This document shows positions 19,134-29,214 of a stretch of 64,000 nt of DNA, piece after piece; positions within the stretch are counted from its first letter, which is position 1, and the number at the start of each line of letters is the position of its first letter. A model generated the notes under the pieces. It was not told the DNA's origin. It worked only from the letters and a program-made list of their open reading frames with translations, and searched no databases. Made by a program: the position numbers and the translations under genes. The DNA comes from an uncultured Gammaproteobacteria bacterium (GTDB lineage Bacteria > Patescibacteriota > Microgenomatia > Levybacterales > GWA1-39-11), in contig CAYRKM010000001.1 of the NCBI GenBank assembly GCA_964425075.1, forward strand, positions 523,060-587,059, in the 5' to 3' direction.

Positions 19134-21188
19134 TTAATTAGTTGCAGTTTCTGCAGGAGGCGTTTCGGGTTCTTTCCCCACGGCCTTGAGTAAATCTTCT
19201 TTTTTCCAGACTGCAAAATCACATTTTGGATAATTACCACATCCGAAAAAAGTTCTTCCTTTTCGCGTTCTTTTTACTACAACTTTTCCTCCATCTTTTG
19301 GACATGGATATTCTGTTTCTTCTCTCAAACTTTCTTTGTAATCACAAGTCGGAAAATTCTCACAAGACAAGAATTTACCAAATCTAGACTGTCTGATAAT
19401 AAGTCTTCCATTATCCTTTGGGCACATCTTGTCAGAATATTCTGGAACAATTTCAATTTTTTCAGCACCTTCTGCCTTTATTAAATCTTCTTCAAAGGGT
19501 TTATAAAATTCCTTTAGCATTGGCACCCATTCTAATTTTCCTTCTGCAATCTCGTCTAGTTTGCCTTCCATTGCCGCCGTGAATGGAATATCATCAATAT
19601 CACCAAAATTTTTCACTAAAAATTCACTTACAGAAATTCCAATTTCAGTAGGAATAAGTTTGCCTTCAGTTTTCTCTACATAGAATCTGTCATAAAGAGT
19701 GGAGATAATGGGAGCATATGTGGAAGGTCTTCCTATTCCATGTTTTTCAAGCGAGGAGATAAGGGATGCTTCATTGTATCGTGGTGGGGGAGCACTCTGA
19801 TGCTCAGTTGCTCTGCCTTCTTTGTAATCTAAAATTTCACCAACTTTTATTTCGGGTAAAATCTGATCCCCGTCGTCTTTTATTGCATATAGTTTTAAAA
19901 ATCCAGGAAATTTCAAAATTCTCCCATTTGCGCCAAATGTAAATATTTTTCCTTTCTCAATTTCTCCTTCGACTCTAGTGGAAGCAAATATTGCGTCATT
20001 CATTTGAGTTGCAACAGCACGTCTAAAGACAAGATCATATACATTTGCAAAATCTTTTCCTAATTTTTCCTCAACTATGCTTTTTTTAATAGTGAGATCT
20101 GTTGGTCGTATTGCTTCATGAGCTTCTTGCGCGGATTTTGAAGATGTTTTATAGACTCTAGTGTCTGAGGATAAATATTCTTTTCCAAATTCTTTTTCAA
20201 TATATCCCCGTGCGTCTTTCAGAAAAACATTTGAAAGATTGAATGAATCAGTTCTGTGATACGTAATATAACCCTCTTCATAAAGTCTTTGCGCAAGACT
20301 CATCGTGCGCTTCCCAGTGTATGAGAATCTTCTAATAGCTGCTTGTTGTAAAGTAGATGTTGTAAACGGTGGATACGGGGAACGTTTGGTTTCTTTCGAC
20401 TCGACACTCGTAATTGTAAGTCCAACCTTTTCAATTGCCTTAATAATATCTTCTGCCTCCTCTTTAGATAAGGAAGTTGAAGCGTATTTATATGTCCCAT
20501 CATAGAGTTCTACTGTTGTTGAACTTTGAATTTTTTCACCATTAATTTTTGATAACTCAAATTCAATTGGCGTTGCATCTCCCTTCTTTGTAACAACTAT
20601 AAAAATTCTATAAAATGTCTTACTTTCAAATTTTCCAATTTCTTTTTCTCTTTCTACAATAAGACGAAGTGCAACAGATTGAACTCGACCAGCTGATAAA
20701 TGACGTTTTACTTTTTTCCAAAGTAGAGGAGACAATTTGTATCCAACGACTCTATCCAAAACTCTACGTGCAGTTTGGGCATTTACCAGATCTTGGTCAA
20801 TGTTTCTGGTGTGAGTCATTGCTTCATCAATTGCTCCTTGTGTAATTTCATGAAAAACAATCCGAGAAAATTTTACATCTTTTTTTGCTTTGTCTTTTAG
20901 AATTTCATGAAGATGAAAAGCAATAGCTTCTCCTTCTCGGTCAGGGTCTGTTGCAAGGATAATATGGCTAGTTCCCTTGACTGTTTCTTTAAGTAATTTT
21001 ACCGTTTTTAATTTGTCTCTTGGGATAATATATTGTGGTTCAAAATTTTTTTCTATTTCAACTCCAAGCTTACTTTTTGGAAGATCACGAATATGACCCA
21101 TTGAAGCCACGACATCATATTTCCCTTTCAGGAATTTTGTAAGTGTTTTAGCTTTCGTGGGAGATTCCACCAAAATTACATCTTTCAT
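19134..21188 (-). CDS. topA: DNA topoisomerase I with C-terminal zinc-ribbon repeats
   Basis: The ORF-track start at 21224 is TTG. ATG at 21186-21188 gives MKDVILVESPTKAKTL (canonical TopA start). Toprim and catalytic Tyr region are present. C-terminus has C-x-n-C zinc ribbons (CPKDGGK...CGNYPKC). Confidence 0.93.
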   Translation of the reverse strand: MKDVILVESPTKAKTLTKFLKGKYDVVASMGHIRDLPKSKLGVEIEKNFEPQYIIPRDKLKTVKLLKETVKGTSHIILATDPDREGEAIAFHLHEILKDKAKKDVKFSRIVFHEITQGAIDEAMTHTRNIDQDLVNAQTARRVLDRVVGYKLSPLLWKKVKRHLSAGRVQSVALRLIVEREKEIGKFESKTFYRIFIVVTKKGDATPIEFELSKINGEKIQSSTTVELYDGTYKYASTSLSKEEAEDIIKAIEKVGLTITSVESKETKRSPYPPFTTSTLQQAAIRRFSYTGKRTMSLAQRLYEEGYITYHRTDSFNLSNVFLKDARGYIEKEFGKEYLSSDTRVYKTSSKSAQEAHEAIRPTDLTIKKSIVEEKLGKDFANVYDLVFRRAVATQMNDAIFASTRVEGEIEKGKIFTFGANGRILKFPGFLKLYAIKDDGDQILPEIKVGEILDYKEGRATEHQSAPPPRYNEASLISSLEKHGIGRPSTYAPIISTLYDRFYVEKTEGKLIPTEIGISVSEFLVKNFGDIDDIPFTAAMEGKLDEIAEGKLEWVPMLKEFYKPFEEDLIKAEGAEKIEIVPEYSDKMCPKDNGRLIIRQSRFGKFLSCENFPTCDYKESLREETEYPCPKDGGKVVVKRTRKGRTFFGCGNYPKCDFAVWKKEDLLKAVGKEPETPPAETATN

Positions 21189-21282
21189 ACCTTTTTCTTC
21201 ACAAGGTTCCCATTCGCTCTTCAAGAAAACCCCACGCCTTTTAAGGCTGGGGATGAATTGAAGTAAGAAAACATCTTCCTTA

Positions 21283-21310
21283 GGGAAAACTTCGGCTTTT
21301 AAGCCGAAGA
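21283..21310 (-). terminator. Rho-independent terminator downstream of tsaD (minus strand)
   Basis: CTTCGGCT/AGCCGAAG perfect 8-bp stem (21290-21309), nested in AACATCTTC...GAAGATGTT arms. On the minus strand it is followed by TTTT. Confidence 0.55.
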
Positions 21311-21455
21311 AGATGTTATTATATCACTACCTATATATAGTGCAAACAAAATTCAGTATAGCATAGTACTGGGAGTGCTGATTATCAAAGGCGTTATTCA
21401 AAATAAAAACAAAGCTTTAATTTTTCCTAAGAAAAAGAAGAGAAACTTGCTTTTC

Positions 21456-22499
21456 TTACTGAAAGTAGAGCTCAGGGTTTGCAGTTACGTCTCTCCAGTT
21501 TTTTTCTTCAGGATTTATTAAGGCACATGCGCCAATCATTGCTGCGTTGTCCGTTGAATATTCTTTTTCAGGAAACAACACGGGAATATCTGTTTGGGAT
21601 TCAAGTTTTTCCCGTAATGTTTGGTTTGCACTAACCCCTCCGCCGACAAGAATAGACTTTGCATTATATTTTTCTGCTGCTTTTAGAGTTTTCTTTACTA
21701 ATACATCAATTATTGCTTTCTGGGTTGCGTAGCAAATTTCGTTTTTTATACTGTCGGTTATTTTTTCACTTTCAACAAATCTCATTACCTCTGTCTTAAG
21801 ACCCGAGAAAGAGAAATCAAAATTATCCTCATGAATGATGGGACTTTTGAAATGAATATCAGTTTTTCTAACCGTTTTTGCTCTTTTTTCAATCTCGGGT
21901 CCTGCGGGATAACTTAAATTAAGAAGGCGGCCAACTTTATCAATTGCCTCACCCGCAGCATCATCTCGTGTTCCACCAAGCCATTTATAATCAGTAATGG
22001 AATTAAATAGCAAAAGATCAGTATGTCCGCCCGATACGATAAGTCCGATAAAAGGAAACAGAACCTCATTTGTCTTCCTATTTATATAGTTAGCAAATAT
22101 ATGTGCAAGCAAATGATTCACTGGAAGCAGGGGTTTGTTTAAAACAAAAGACAGTGTCTTGGCGGTTTCCACACCAACAAGTAGAGAGCCAATAAGCCCT
22201 GGGCCAGAAGTTACAGCAATTGCATCAATATTATTTTTCAAAATATCAAGTGCCTTTCTAATATCTGTTTGTTTGTCTGTTAATTCTATTGACTCACTTT
22301 TAAGAAGCGCTTCAATAATAACTGGCATAATATATGTAACTTGAGCGCGCGCAGCATTTTCAGGAATGATTCCACCAGTTGTAGCATGGGTAGCAAGGGA
22401 AGTTGCAGTGACATTTGAAATGACCTTTATTAATTCTTTTTTTTCAATAACAGCGGCTCCAGTTTCGTCACAAGAAGTTTCAAGGGCAAGAATTTTCAT
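21456..22499 (-). CDS. tsaD: tRNA N6-adenosine threonylcarbamoyltransferase
   Basis: 347 aa. MKILALETSCDETGAAVI start. HxxAH-like LAHIFANY. GPGLIGSLLVG. Kae1/TsaD family. Confidence 0.9.
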   Translation of the reverse strand: MKILALETSCDETGAAVIEKKELIKVISNVTATSLATHATTGGIIPENAARAQVTYIMPVIIEALLKSESIELTDKQTDIRKALDILKNNIDAIAVTSGPGLIGSLLVGVETAKTLSFVLNKPLLPVNHLLAHIFANYINRKTNEVLFPFIGLIVSGGHTDLLLFNSITDYKWLGGTRDDAAGEAIDKVGRLLNLSYPAGPEIEKRAKTVRKTDIHFKSPIIHEDNFDFSFSGLKTEVMRFVESEKITDSIKNEICYATQKAIIDVLVKKTLKAAEKYNAKSILVGGGVSANQTLREKLESQTDIPVLFPEKEYSTDNAAMIGACALINPEEKNWRDVTANPELYFQ

Positions 22500-22508
22500 A
22501 AAGAAGCA

Positions 22509-22976
22509 TTAGCGGTTGATAGTAATTGTGTCACCAATTTTAAATCCATTTTTATCGGCCAAACCGCCATTAATTTCTAATACATAATTTGCAGGAGTTC
22601 TTGAGGTGTAGGTTGGAAGGACAGTATTCTCTTTGCCTTCTTGAGCCGGGACATTTTTATATATATCTACGATTTTATTATCGTCTATAAAAATAATATC
22701 TAATGGGAATTTGACGTCCTTCATCCAAAATGAATATTTATCTTTTCTTTCAAAAATAAAAAGCATTCCTCTTTTCTCATCTAAGTCATTTCTTTTTGAA
22801 AGGCCTTTTTGTCTTTCATTATCATTATCTGCGATTTCAACATTAAATTTTTGATTACTAATTTCAACTGTTGAAGAACCGACATTGGGGAAGAAGGGGA
22901 CACCTCTAAATTTGGCAACAGCAAGAATTATTACCAAAAGAATAAGAGCGCCATAAGCAATAAATACTTTTTTCAT
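22509..22976 (-). CDS. DUF192-domain protein with N-terminal membrane anchor
   Basis: 155 aa. FWMKDVKFPLDIIFID...PANYVLEINGG matches the DUF192 fold signature. Confidence 0.65.
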   Translation of the reverse strand: MKKVFIAYGALILLVIILAVAKFRGVPFFPNVGSSTVEISNQKFNVEIADNDNERQKGLSKRNDLDEKRGMLFIFERKDKYSFWMKDVKFPLDIIFIDDNKIVDIYKNVPAQEGKENTVLPTYTSRTPANYVLEINGGLADKNGFKIGDTITINR

Positions 22977-23434
22977 ATTTTTTTCTGTTTAATTAAAGAA
23001 CTTGTAGAGTAGCGAGTGTCTCTTTTCATGACACTTACAACTTTTCCATTAACCCCACTTGCTTGATCCTTTTTCACCTCAATTAAGGGGTCATTCTCAG
23101 TCACTGCAATTATAGCAGGACGGATAGATTTTACAAGGTTGTAGTAGTATGTATCTGATTCTGGATTATTGAGCAAAACTACATAGTCAACAGCAGATTC
23201 TGAAATTAAATTGTTTGCCCTTAATGCTTGGCTGTTTACTGGATGTCCCTTGCCTTTAAGTTTGTGGATGTTTTCATCACTTTCCAGAAGAAGAATTAAG
23301 GTGTCTCCTTGTTCCCTTGAGCGTTTGATAAATTCAAAATGGCCTGGATGTAAAATATCAAAACAGCCGCCTATAAGCACTCGTTTGCCTTTTTCTATTT
23401 TAAAAGTCTCGTTATCGTGTATTATTTTTCCCAT
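22973..23434 (-). CDS. Cytidylyltransferase-like nucleotidyltransferase (TagD / RfaE domain II-like)
   Basis: The ORF-track start at 23443 is TTG. ATG at 23432-23434 gives MGKIIHD. GGCFDILHPGHFEFIKRSREQGDTLILLLESD matches the (T/H)xGH nucleotidyltransferase motif. Confidence 0.7.
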   Translation of the reverse strand: MGKIIHDNETFKIEKGKRVLIGGCFDILHPGHFEFIKRSREQGDTLILLLESDENIHKLKGKGHPVNSQALRANNLISESAVDYVVLLNNPESDTYYYNLVKSIRPAIIAVTENDPLIEVKKDQASGVNGKVVSVMKRDTRYSTSSLIKQKKI

Positions 23435-23481
23435 ATCATTCAAAACCCGAAATTATGCTCAAATTCTGATAAAATATATAT

Positions 23482-24741
23482 GTGGGCATTATATCAAGTT
23501 TAAAGCGTGCATTCTATTTTCCTGTTGCGTCGTATTTTAAGTTCTTTGCTGCAATAAAGCTTCTTTTATGGCGGCCAAGAATAATATTAATAACAGGTTC
23601 GAGTGGTAAAACCACAACAATGCATTTCATAAAGTCTCAACTGGGGGATAAAGCGCGTTATTCCGATAAAGCCAATAGTGCATTTGGAATACCATTCGAT
23701 ATCCTGGGTCTTTCAAGAAAAACGCTTCTTCCATCCGAATGGCCTCTTTTATTTTTAAAAGCCCCGTTAAATGCTTTTAAAAAACCATTTGATGAAAAAC
23801 TGTATATCGTAGAGGCTGATTGCGATAGATTAGGAGAAGGAGAATTTTTGGCCGAATTGCTGCGTCCTGAGGTTACGATTTGGTTAAGTCTATCACGCTC
23901 TCACAGTGTTAACTTCGAGAATGGAAAAGGAGAAATTGAGGAAGTAATAGCAAAGGAATTTGGACAATTCATAAAAAAAACAACTGGTCTTATAATTATA
24001 AATTCAGATAATAAATATATTATTAAGAATTCGACTGGGCCGATTAAAAGAGAAGATGTATCGATAAAAAATCTGACAGAGTACGAAGTTGGGAAAAAAT
24101 CTACAAAGTTTGAAATTAATGGAAGAGGATATTTAGTGCCTTTTCTTTTGCCTGAGGAGGCAGCTTATTCCATCCAGGTCTTAGATTACTTGATGAATTA
24201 TTTGCAAATTGAATTGGATACTTCTTTTCCGAATTTTTATCTGCCACCGGGACGTAGTTCTGTCTTTAACGGTATTAAACAAACTACTATTATTGACAGT
24301 TCTTATAACGCTAGTCTTGAGAGTGTGACAGCGATGCTTAATCTTTTTGAGAAATACAATGCAGTCAAGAAATGGGTAGTCCTAGGAGATATGTTGGAGC
24401 AGGGTGAATATGAAAAGGAAGAACATGAAAAACTTGCTGATATCTTACAAAAAAATAAGTATGAAAAAATAATTCTTGTAGGACCACGTGTTTCAAAATT
24501 TACCTACCCAAAATTAATAGAAGATACTAAAAACACTGGGGATATTGTACACTTTGATTTGCCAACTGACGCTTTGACTTATATAGAAGCAAATATTAAT
24601 GGTGGTGAGACAATTCTCTTTAAGGGTGCTAGATTCTTAGAGGGAATAATAGAAAAATTGTTAATAGACAAAAAAGATATAAGCAAACTCTGTAGAAGAG
24701 AAAAAGTTTGGCAAGATAGGAGAAAAAAATGGGGACTTTAA
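23482..24741 (+). CDS. Mur-ligase-family protein lacking the usual N-terminal domain (P-loop at residue ~40; FolC/MurT/CapB-like architecture); GTG start
   Basis: 419 aa. ILITGSSGKTTTMHFI is the Mur ligase central-domain P-loop. First gene of a cell-wall-associated cluster. Confidence 0.6.
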   Translation: MGIISSLKRAFYFPVASYFKFFAAIKLLLWRPRIILITGSSGKTTTMHFIKSQLGDKARYSDKANSAFGIPFDILGLSRKTLLPSEWPLLFLKAPLNAFKKPFDEKLYIVEADCDRLGEGEFLAELLRPEVTIWLSLSRSHSVNFENGKGEIEEVIAKEFGQFIKKTTGLIIINSDNKYIIKNSTGPIKREDVSIKNLTEYEVGKKSTKFEINGRGYLVPFLLPEEAAYSIQVLDYLMNYLQIELDTSFPNFYLPPGRSSVFNGIKQTTIIDSSYNASLESVTAMLNLFEKYNAVKKWVVLGDMLEQGEYEKEEHEKLADILQKNKYEKIILVGPRVSKFTYPKLIEDTKNTGDIVHFDLPTDALTYIEANINGGETILFKGARFLEGIIEKLLIDKKDISKLCRREKVWQDRRKKWGL

Positions 24742-25415
24742 AGATATTTATTCTTCATGGATGGACATATGACATTGAAAAATGGGATGGATTCGTATCT
24801 CTGCTTAAGAAAGATTATCATGTGGAATTACTTAAAATTCCTGGTTTAACAGCCAAGCTTGAATCAGCTTATACTATTGAGGACTATGTTGAATGGTTAA
24901 AGAATGAGATAGCAAGGGAAGAAAAGGTTGTATTGATAGGACATTCCAATGGTGGAAGACTTGCAAGTTTTTTTGCTTCTCTTCATCCTGAGAAAGTGTC
25001 TCACCTGATTTTGATTGATAGTGCTGGAATTTACCACAAGGATATAGGCATAACCTTGAAACGATTGGTTTTTAAAAACATAGCAAAGTTTGGAAAGAAA
25101 ATTAGTAAATCAAAAATTTTAGAGAAATTGCTTTATAAAGCGGCTCGCGAAAAAGATTACATGAAGGCTTCCCCAATACTTAAAAAAACCATGGAAAACC
25201 TGATTAAATCAGATGTAACGCCTCATCTTCCAAATATCAAATCAAAAACTCTAATTATTTGGGGAAGAAATGATAAAGCAACTCCTCTTTCTGATGGGCT
25301 CAGAATGCATGAATTAATCCCAAATTCCAAGCTTGAAATAATTGAAGCGCGGCATTCTCCTCAATTTACAAATCCTATAGAAATAACAAAACTAATTACG
25401 TCATTTTTATCATGA
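24729..25415 (+). CDS. Alpha/beta-fold hydrolase
   Basis: 228 aa. LIGHSNGG nucleophile elbow (G-H-S-x-G). Overlaps its neighbours, indicating an operon. Confidence 0.75.
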   Translation: MGTLKIFILHGWTYDIEKWDGFVSLLKKDYHVELLKIPGLTAKLESAYTIEDYVEWLKNEIAREEKVVLIGHSNGGRLASFFASLHPEKVSHLILIDSAGIYHKDIGITLKRLVFKNIAKFGKKISKSKILEKLLYKAAREKDYMKASPILKKTMENLIKSDVTPHLPNIKSKTLIIWGRNDKATPLSDGLRMHELIPNSKLEIIEARHSPQFTNPIEITKLITSFLS

Positions 25416-26587
25416 ATATTTTTAATTCGTTAGGATCCAATTACACATTCAAAGAAGCACTTAAAATTTTGTTTATCCCCAACTTGCCTGATTATAAAAC
25501 GAACCTTGTAAAAACTTTAGAAGAAAAATATAGCGGGAAAGCACATCTTACTTATAAAGGGAGAGAGGCATTATCTCTAGCGCTTTCTCTTATTGATACA
25601 AGAAGGAAGAAAGTGGCAATAACTGGCTTTACTTGTTATGCAGTATATGAACCAATTGAAAGAGCGGGATTTAATGCAGTTCTAATTGATATCGATAAAG
25701 AAACTTTAAATTTTTCTCCAGAATCGCTTGAAAATTTGGCAAAGAGAGAAAATTTAGCCGCAGTTGTTATACAAAACACATTGGGTTTTCCTTGTGATAT
25801 TTCAAAAATTCAAAAAATCTGTAAAGAATATAAAATCATTCTCATTGAAGACCTTGCACATTCTGTAGGAGCAGTTTATGAAAACGGTAAAGAAGCAGGG
25901 ACAGTGGGGGATATCGTTGTTCTGTCTTTTAGCCAAGACAAAATGATTGATGCGGTTTCTGGTGGAGCAATCATTATACGGAATAAAGATTTGATAAAAG
26001 ATATGTTTATCAAAAAAAATCAAACAGAAAAGCTACGTGATAGAATATACCCCTTTCTATCTGTTTCGATAAGAATTCTTTATCCGTATTTGATTGGTAA
26101 GGTATTTCATTTTATTTTAAAAAAACTCAATGTTTTGTCTGCCCCAATGGATGGATATGTAATCCCAACAACACCTCTTTTATGGCAATGTCATCTTGCA
26201 CAAATTGAGTTTGATAGTTTAAACAAAAATATAGCACACAGGCGATTGATAGCTAATATTTACTTTAAAAATATTAGTGAGTCGTTACTTAATATAAATT
26301 TGAAGAAAAAAAATAATTCATCATATTTACGATTTCCAATATTTGTAAAAAACAGAAAAGGCTTGATTGAATTTCTTAAGAAAGAAGGAATATACGTCTC
26401 TGATATTTGGTATGATGCGCCAATTGCACCTCATAGATTTTTGTCGCAAACTGGTTATGGAGGAGAGTGTCCTAACGCCGAAATGATTTCACAAACAATT
26501 CTTAATTTGCCAACTCACAAAAATGTCTCAAAAGCCGAAGCGGAAAAACTGTCAGAAATTATCAACCAATGGGAAAAATTGCAGTAG
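25412..26587 (+). CDS. DegT/DnrJ/EryC1/StrS-family PLP-dependent aminotransferase
   Basis: 391 aa. DLAHSVGAVYENGKEAGTVGDIVVLSFSQDKMIDAVSGGAII matches the DegT family, with the Lys in SFSQDK. Confidence 0.8.
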   Translation: MNIFNSLGSNYTFKEALKILFIPNLPDYKTNLVKTLEEKYSGKAHLTYKGREALSLALSLIDTRRKKVAITGFTCYAVYEPIERAGFNAVLIDIDKETLNFSPESLENLAKRENLAAVVIQNTLGFPCDISKIQKICKEYKIILIEDLAHSVGAVYENGKEAGTVGDIVVLSFSQDKMIDAVSGGAIIIRNKDLIKDMFIKKNQTEKLRDRIYPFLSVSIRILYPYLIGKVFHFILKKLNVLSAPMDGYVIPTTPLLWQCHLAQIEFDSLNKNIAHRRLIANIYFKNISESLLNINLKKKNNSSYLRFPIFVKNRKGLIEFLKKEGIYVSDIWYDAPIAPHRFLSQTGYGGECPNAEMISQTILNLPTHKNVSKAEAEKLSEIINQWEKLQ

Positions 26588-27597
26588 TACAAATTATAAA
26601 TAAAAATGATTGGGAAGAGTTTCTTCTTAGAAATGAAGAGGCAAATTTTCTTCAATCTTGGTATTGGGGAGAATTTCACGAATCACTTGGAAAGAAAATA
26701 TACCGCTCAGGTTTTTATGAAGACAATCTATTAATCGGGGTCATGCTTTCCGTTATAGAACCGGCAAAAAGAGGAAAATACCTTACGGTTCCAGGTGGTC
26801 CAATAATAAATTGGAATAAAAAAAACATAGAATCTTGTTTTGTTGAAGAGGTTAGAAGAATTGCAAAGCACGAAAAATGCATTTTTGTAAGGGTTAGGCC
26901 TCAACTTTTGGAAACCGAGGATTCACTACATAAGTTTGGCAAGTTAGGATTTGTTCATGCCCCAACCCACTTACATGCTCAGCTTACATCCCAACTTGAT
27001 ATAACAAAATCTGAGGAGGAGTTATTGATAAATATGAGAAAGGCAACTCGATATGAAGTAAAAAAAGCTGAGAAAATTGGAGTTAGGGTAACTTCTTCAA
27101 CAGATACAAATTTATTAAAGGAATTTTTTGATCTTCAAATAGAAACGTCAAAAAGGCAAGGTTTTGTTCCTTTCTCTTACAATTTCTTAAAAAATCAGTT
27201 TGAAATATTTGCTAGAAACAATTTGGCACTTCTTTATAGGGCAGAGTTTGAAAAAAAAGTTTTGGCCGAAGCATTTATAATTTTTTACAACAATGAAGCG
27301 GTATATCACTATGGAGCAAGTACCGATGAAGGAAGAAAGTATCCTGGGGCATATCTTATCCAATGGGAGGCAATAAAAGAAGCAAAAAGGAGAAACATCA
27401 AACGATATAATTTTTGGGGGGTTTCACCAGTTGGAAATGAAAATCATAGATTTGCTGGACTGTCCTTGTTTAAGAGGGGATTTGGTGGGGAGGATGTCAA
27501 TTATTTAAGAGCGCATGACCTTATCATTAATAAGCCGAGATATCTTTTAAATTCTATGATTGAAACGATGCGCGAGAAAATGCGACGACTGAAATAA
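26569..27597 (+). CDS. FemAB-family peptidyltransferase (peptidoglycan cross-bridge formation)
   Basis: 342 aa. FLQSWYWGEF N-terminal motif and size/organisation are characteristic of FemA/FemB/FemX (PF02388). Confidence 0.7.
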   Translation: MGKIAVVQIINKNDWEEFLLRNEEANFLQSWYWGEFHESLGKKIYRSGFYEDNLLIGVMLSVIEPAKRGKYLTVPGGPIINWNKKNIESCFVEEVRRIAKHEKCIFVRVRPQLLETEDSLHKFGKLGFVHAPTHLHAQLTSQLDITKSEEELLINMRKATRYEVKKAEKIGVRVTSSTDTNLLKEFFDLQIETSKRQGFVPFSYNFLKNQFEIFARNNLALLYRAEFEKKVLAEAFIIFYNNEAVYHYGASTDEGRKYPGAYLIQWEAIKEAKRRNIKRYNFWGVSPVGNENHRFAGLSLFKRGFGGEDVNYLRAHDLIINKPRYLLNSMIETMREKMRRLK

Positions 27598-29025
27598 TCA
27601 TCCTTCCTTAGTTCCTCGCAAAAATACGGCTCTCCAGGGAGTGTAACGAGAAGTGTATTTTTCATTAATAATAATCTCTCCATTTTTTTTGACGATTCGA
27701 TTAAAAACTACTGTTGCGCCGCTTGCTGCATAATCAATTTGTTTCTCAACGCCTTTTGGAAGAGTTGGATCATCCTGATATAGTGGTTCTGGTGCAGGAG
27801 CGACACCAGTTACTACCGGTGTGCTTAGGGTTACTTCTCGTCCGTCCTTTTTGCCGTATAGAATAAAAGTTAAACTTACCTCAGTTGGATCTACATACGA
27901 TTGGATCAAGATATGGCTACCGGTATCATTTTTAAATTTTAAGTCAACAGTAGGTACATATACTGTAGCATCCAATCCAGGCGGGGAATATTGTTCATAA
28001 TATCCAACTCTATATGCGTGAGCATGACGTTCTGTAATAGGAAGCCCACTATCTAAGAGTGCTCTAAAAAGAGTTGATGAGACTTGGCATACGCCTCCAC
28101 CATCACCAAGAACAGTTTTTCCACTCTGTATGACGTACGCCTCCTTATATCCTGTGTATTTTGAAACATCACCCAAGTATTTTACAAATGAAAATTCTTC
28201 TTCAGGCTTTACTAATATTCCATTAAGACGAGATGCTGCAAGGGCGACATTGTGAATCCTGTTTGGGATAGAATGTTGGTAGTAGGATTTACCAAACCCT
28301 ATTTGCTCTACTATTCCAAATTCATTGACTTCTTCAGTTGTTACTTTAGGTTTTAAGGTTATTGTGGGAATTTCATATGTATATGACTGAATTTTTTCTT
28401 TTTTTATAATTTCAGGAACGCGTTCTAAAATATATTCTTTTGCCTTTGCAATATTTATTGTTTTTCCATCAGTGGATTGTTTGAAAGTTGTAACTCTGTT
28501 GTTCTCAATCGTAAACAATGCGTCAACTGGTTCGACATAAGCCTTTTCCTCAATTGGCTTAAGAGTCTCAGCTAATTTCGTATCATTAAAAGTAAAGGAT
28601 GAATTAAGAGTTATGCCATTAAGATAGGCATTCATTATGATAAAGAAATTAGCGAATATATTTGATGATTTCCCCAAATGCGTAGCCTGTTGGGCAATAA
28701 GCTCCGAATTATATCCAATATCGAGTTGTTGGGCAGATATGGTTGAGATTTGATCTTCATGGGTAAGAGTAAAATTACTATCCTTTATAGAATTGCTCTT
28801 ATCATCAAAAATTTTTATGATTTCCTCATTTGTTTTTTCCCCAACGTAAATATTATCGATATAAATACCGGGGATTGCCTTTGTTTTATATATATTCTGA
28901 AAAATGATAATAAAAAGAGAAAAAATTGTAAGTCCAGCAATTGAAAATCCTACAATGAACCAAAATGGAGCTTTGGCACGATGGCGAACTTTACTAGAAG
29001 TTTCTTTAATAAGTTTTGTGTTCAT
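27598..29025 (-). CDS. VanW-family protein, membrane-anchored
   Basis: 475 aa. N-terminal TM. DGGGVCQVSSTLFRALLDSGLPITERHAHAYRVGYY is the conserved VanW core. Confidence 0.8.
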   Translation of the reverse strand: MNTKLIKETSSKVRHRAKAPFWFIVGFSIAGLTIFSLFIIIFQNIYKTKAIPGIYIDNIYVGEKTNEEIIKIFDDKSNSIKDSNFTLTHEDQISTISAQQLDIGYNSELIAQQATHLGKSSNIFANFFIIMNAYLNGITLNSSFTFNDTKLAETLKPIEEKAYVEPVDALFTIENNRVTTFKQSTDGKTINIAKAKEYILERVPEIIKKEKIQSYTYEIPTITLKPKVTTEEVNEFGIVEQIGFGKSYYQHSIPNRIHNVALAASRLNGILVKPEEEFSFVKYLGDVSKYTGYKEAYVIQSGKTVLGDGGGVCQVSSTLFRALLDSGLPITERHAHAYRVGYYEQYSPPGLDATVYVPTVDLKFKNDTGSHILIQSYVDPTEVSLTFILYGKKDGREVTLSTPVVTGVAPAPEPLYQDDPTLPKGVEKQIDYAASGATVVFNRIVKKNGEIIINEKYTSRYTPWRAVFLRGTKEG

Positions 29026-29214
29026 ATGCTAAGTTTGGCTTGAAATAGTTCACCTCAAAATCCGAATGACTCGTAGCATTTTTTAGGTGTTATTACTATA
29101 CTGTATGTATAGATAAAATTGGCAATTTTTGAACATTTTTTATATGTTTAATGCCCTTAGAATGAATTTCTATGTTTTGCATGCAATATTTATTATACTC
29201 AAATTTTAAGTAAT

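Noticed and set aside
29177-29186. Perfect 10-bp palindrome TTGCATGCAA upstream of the SBP gene as an operator
   Set aside because: Single occurrence, short, and an AT-rich context makes chance palindromes likely. No partner regulator gene nearby.
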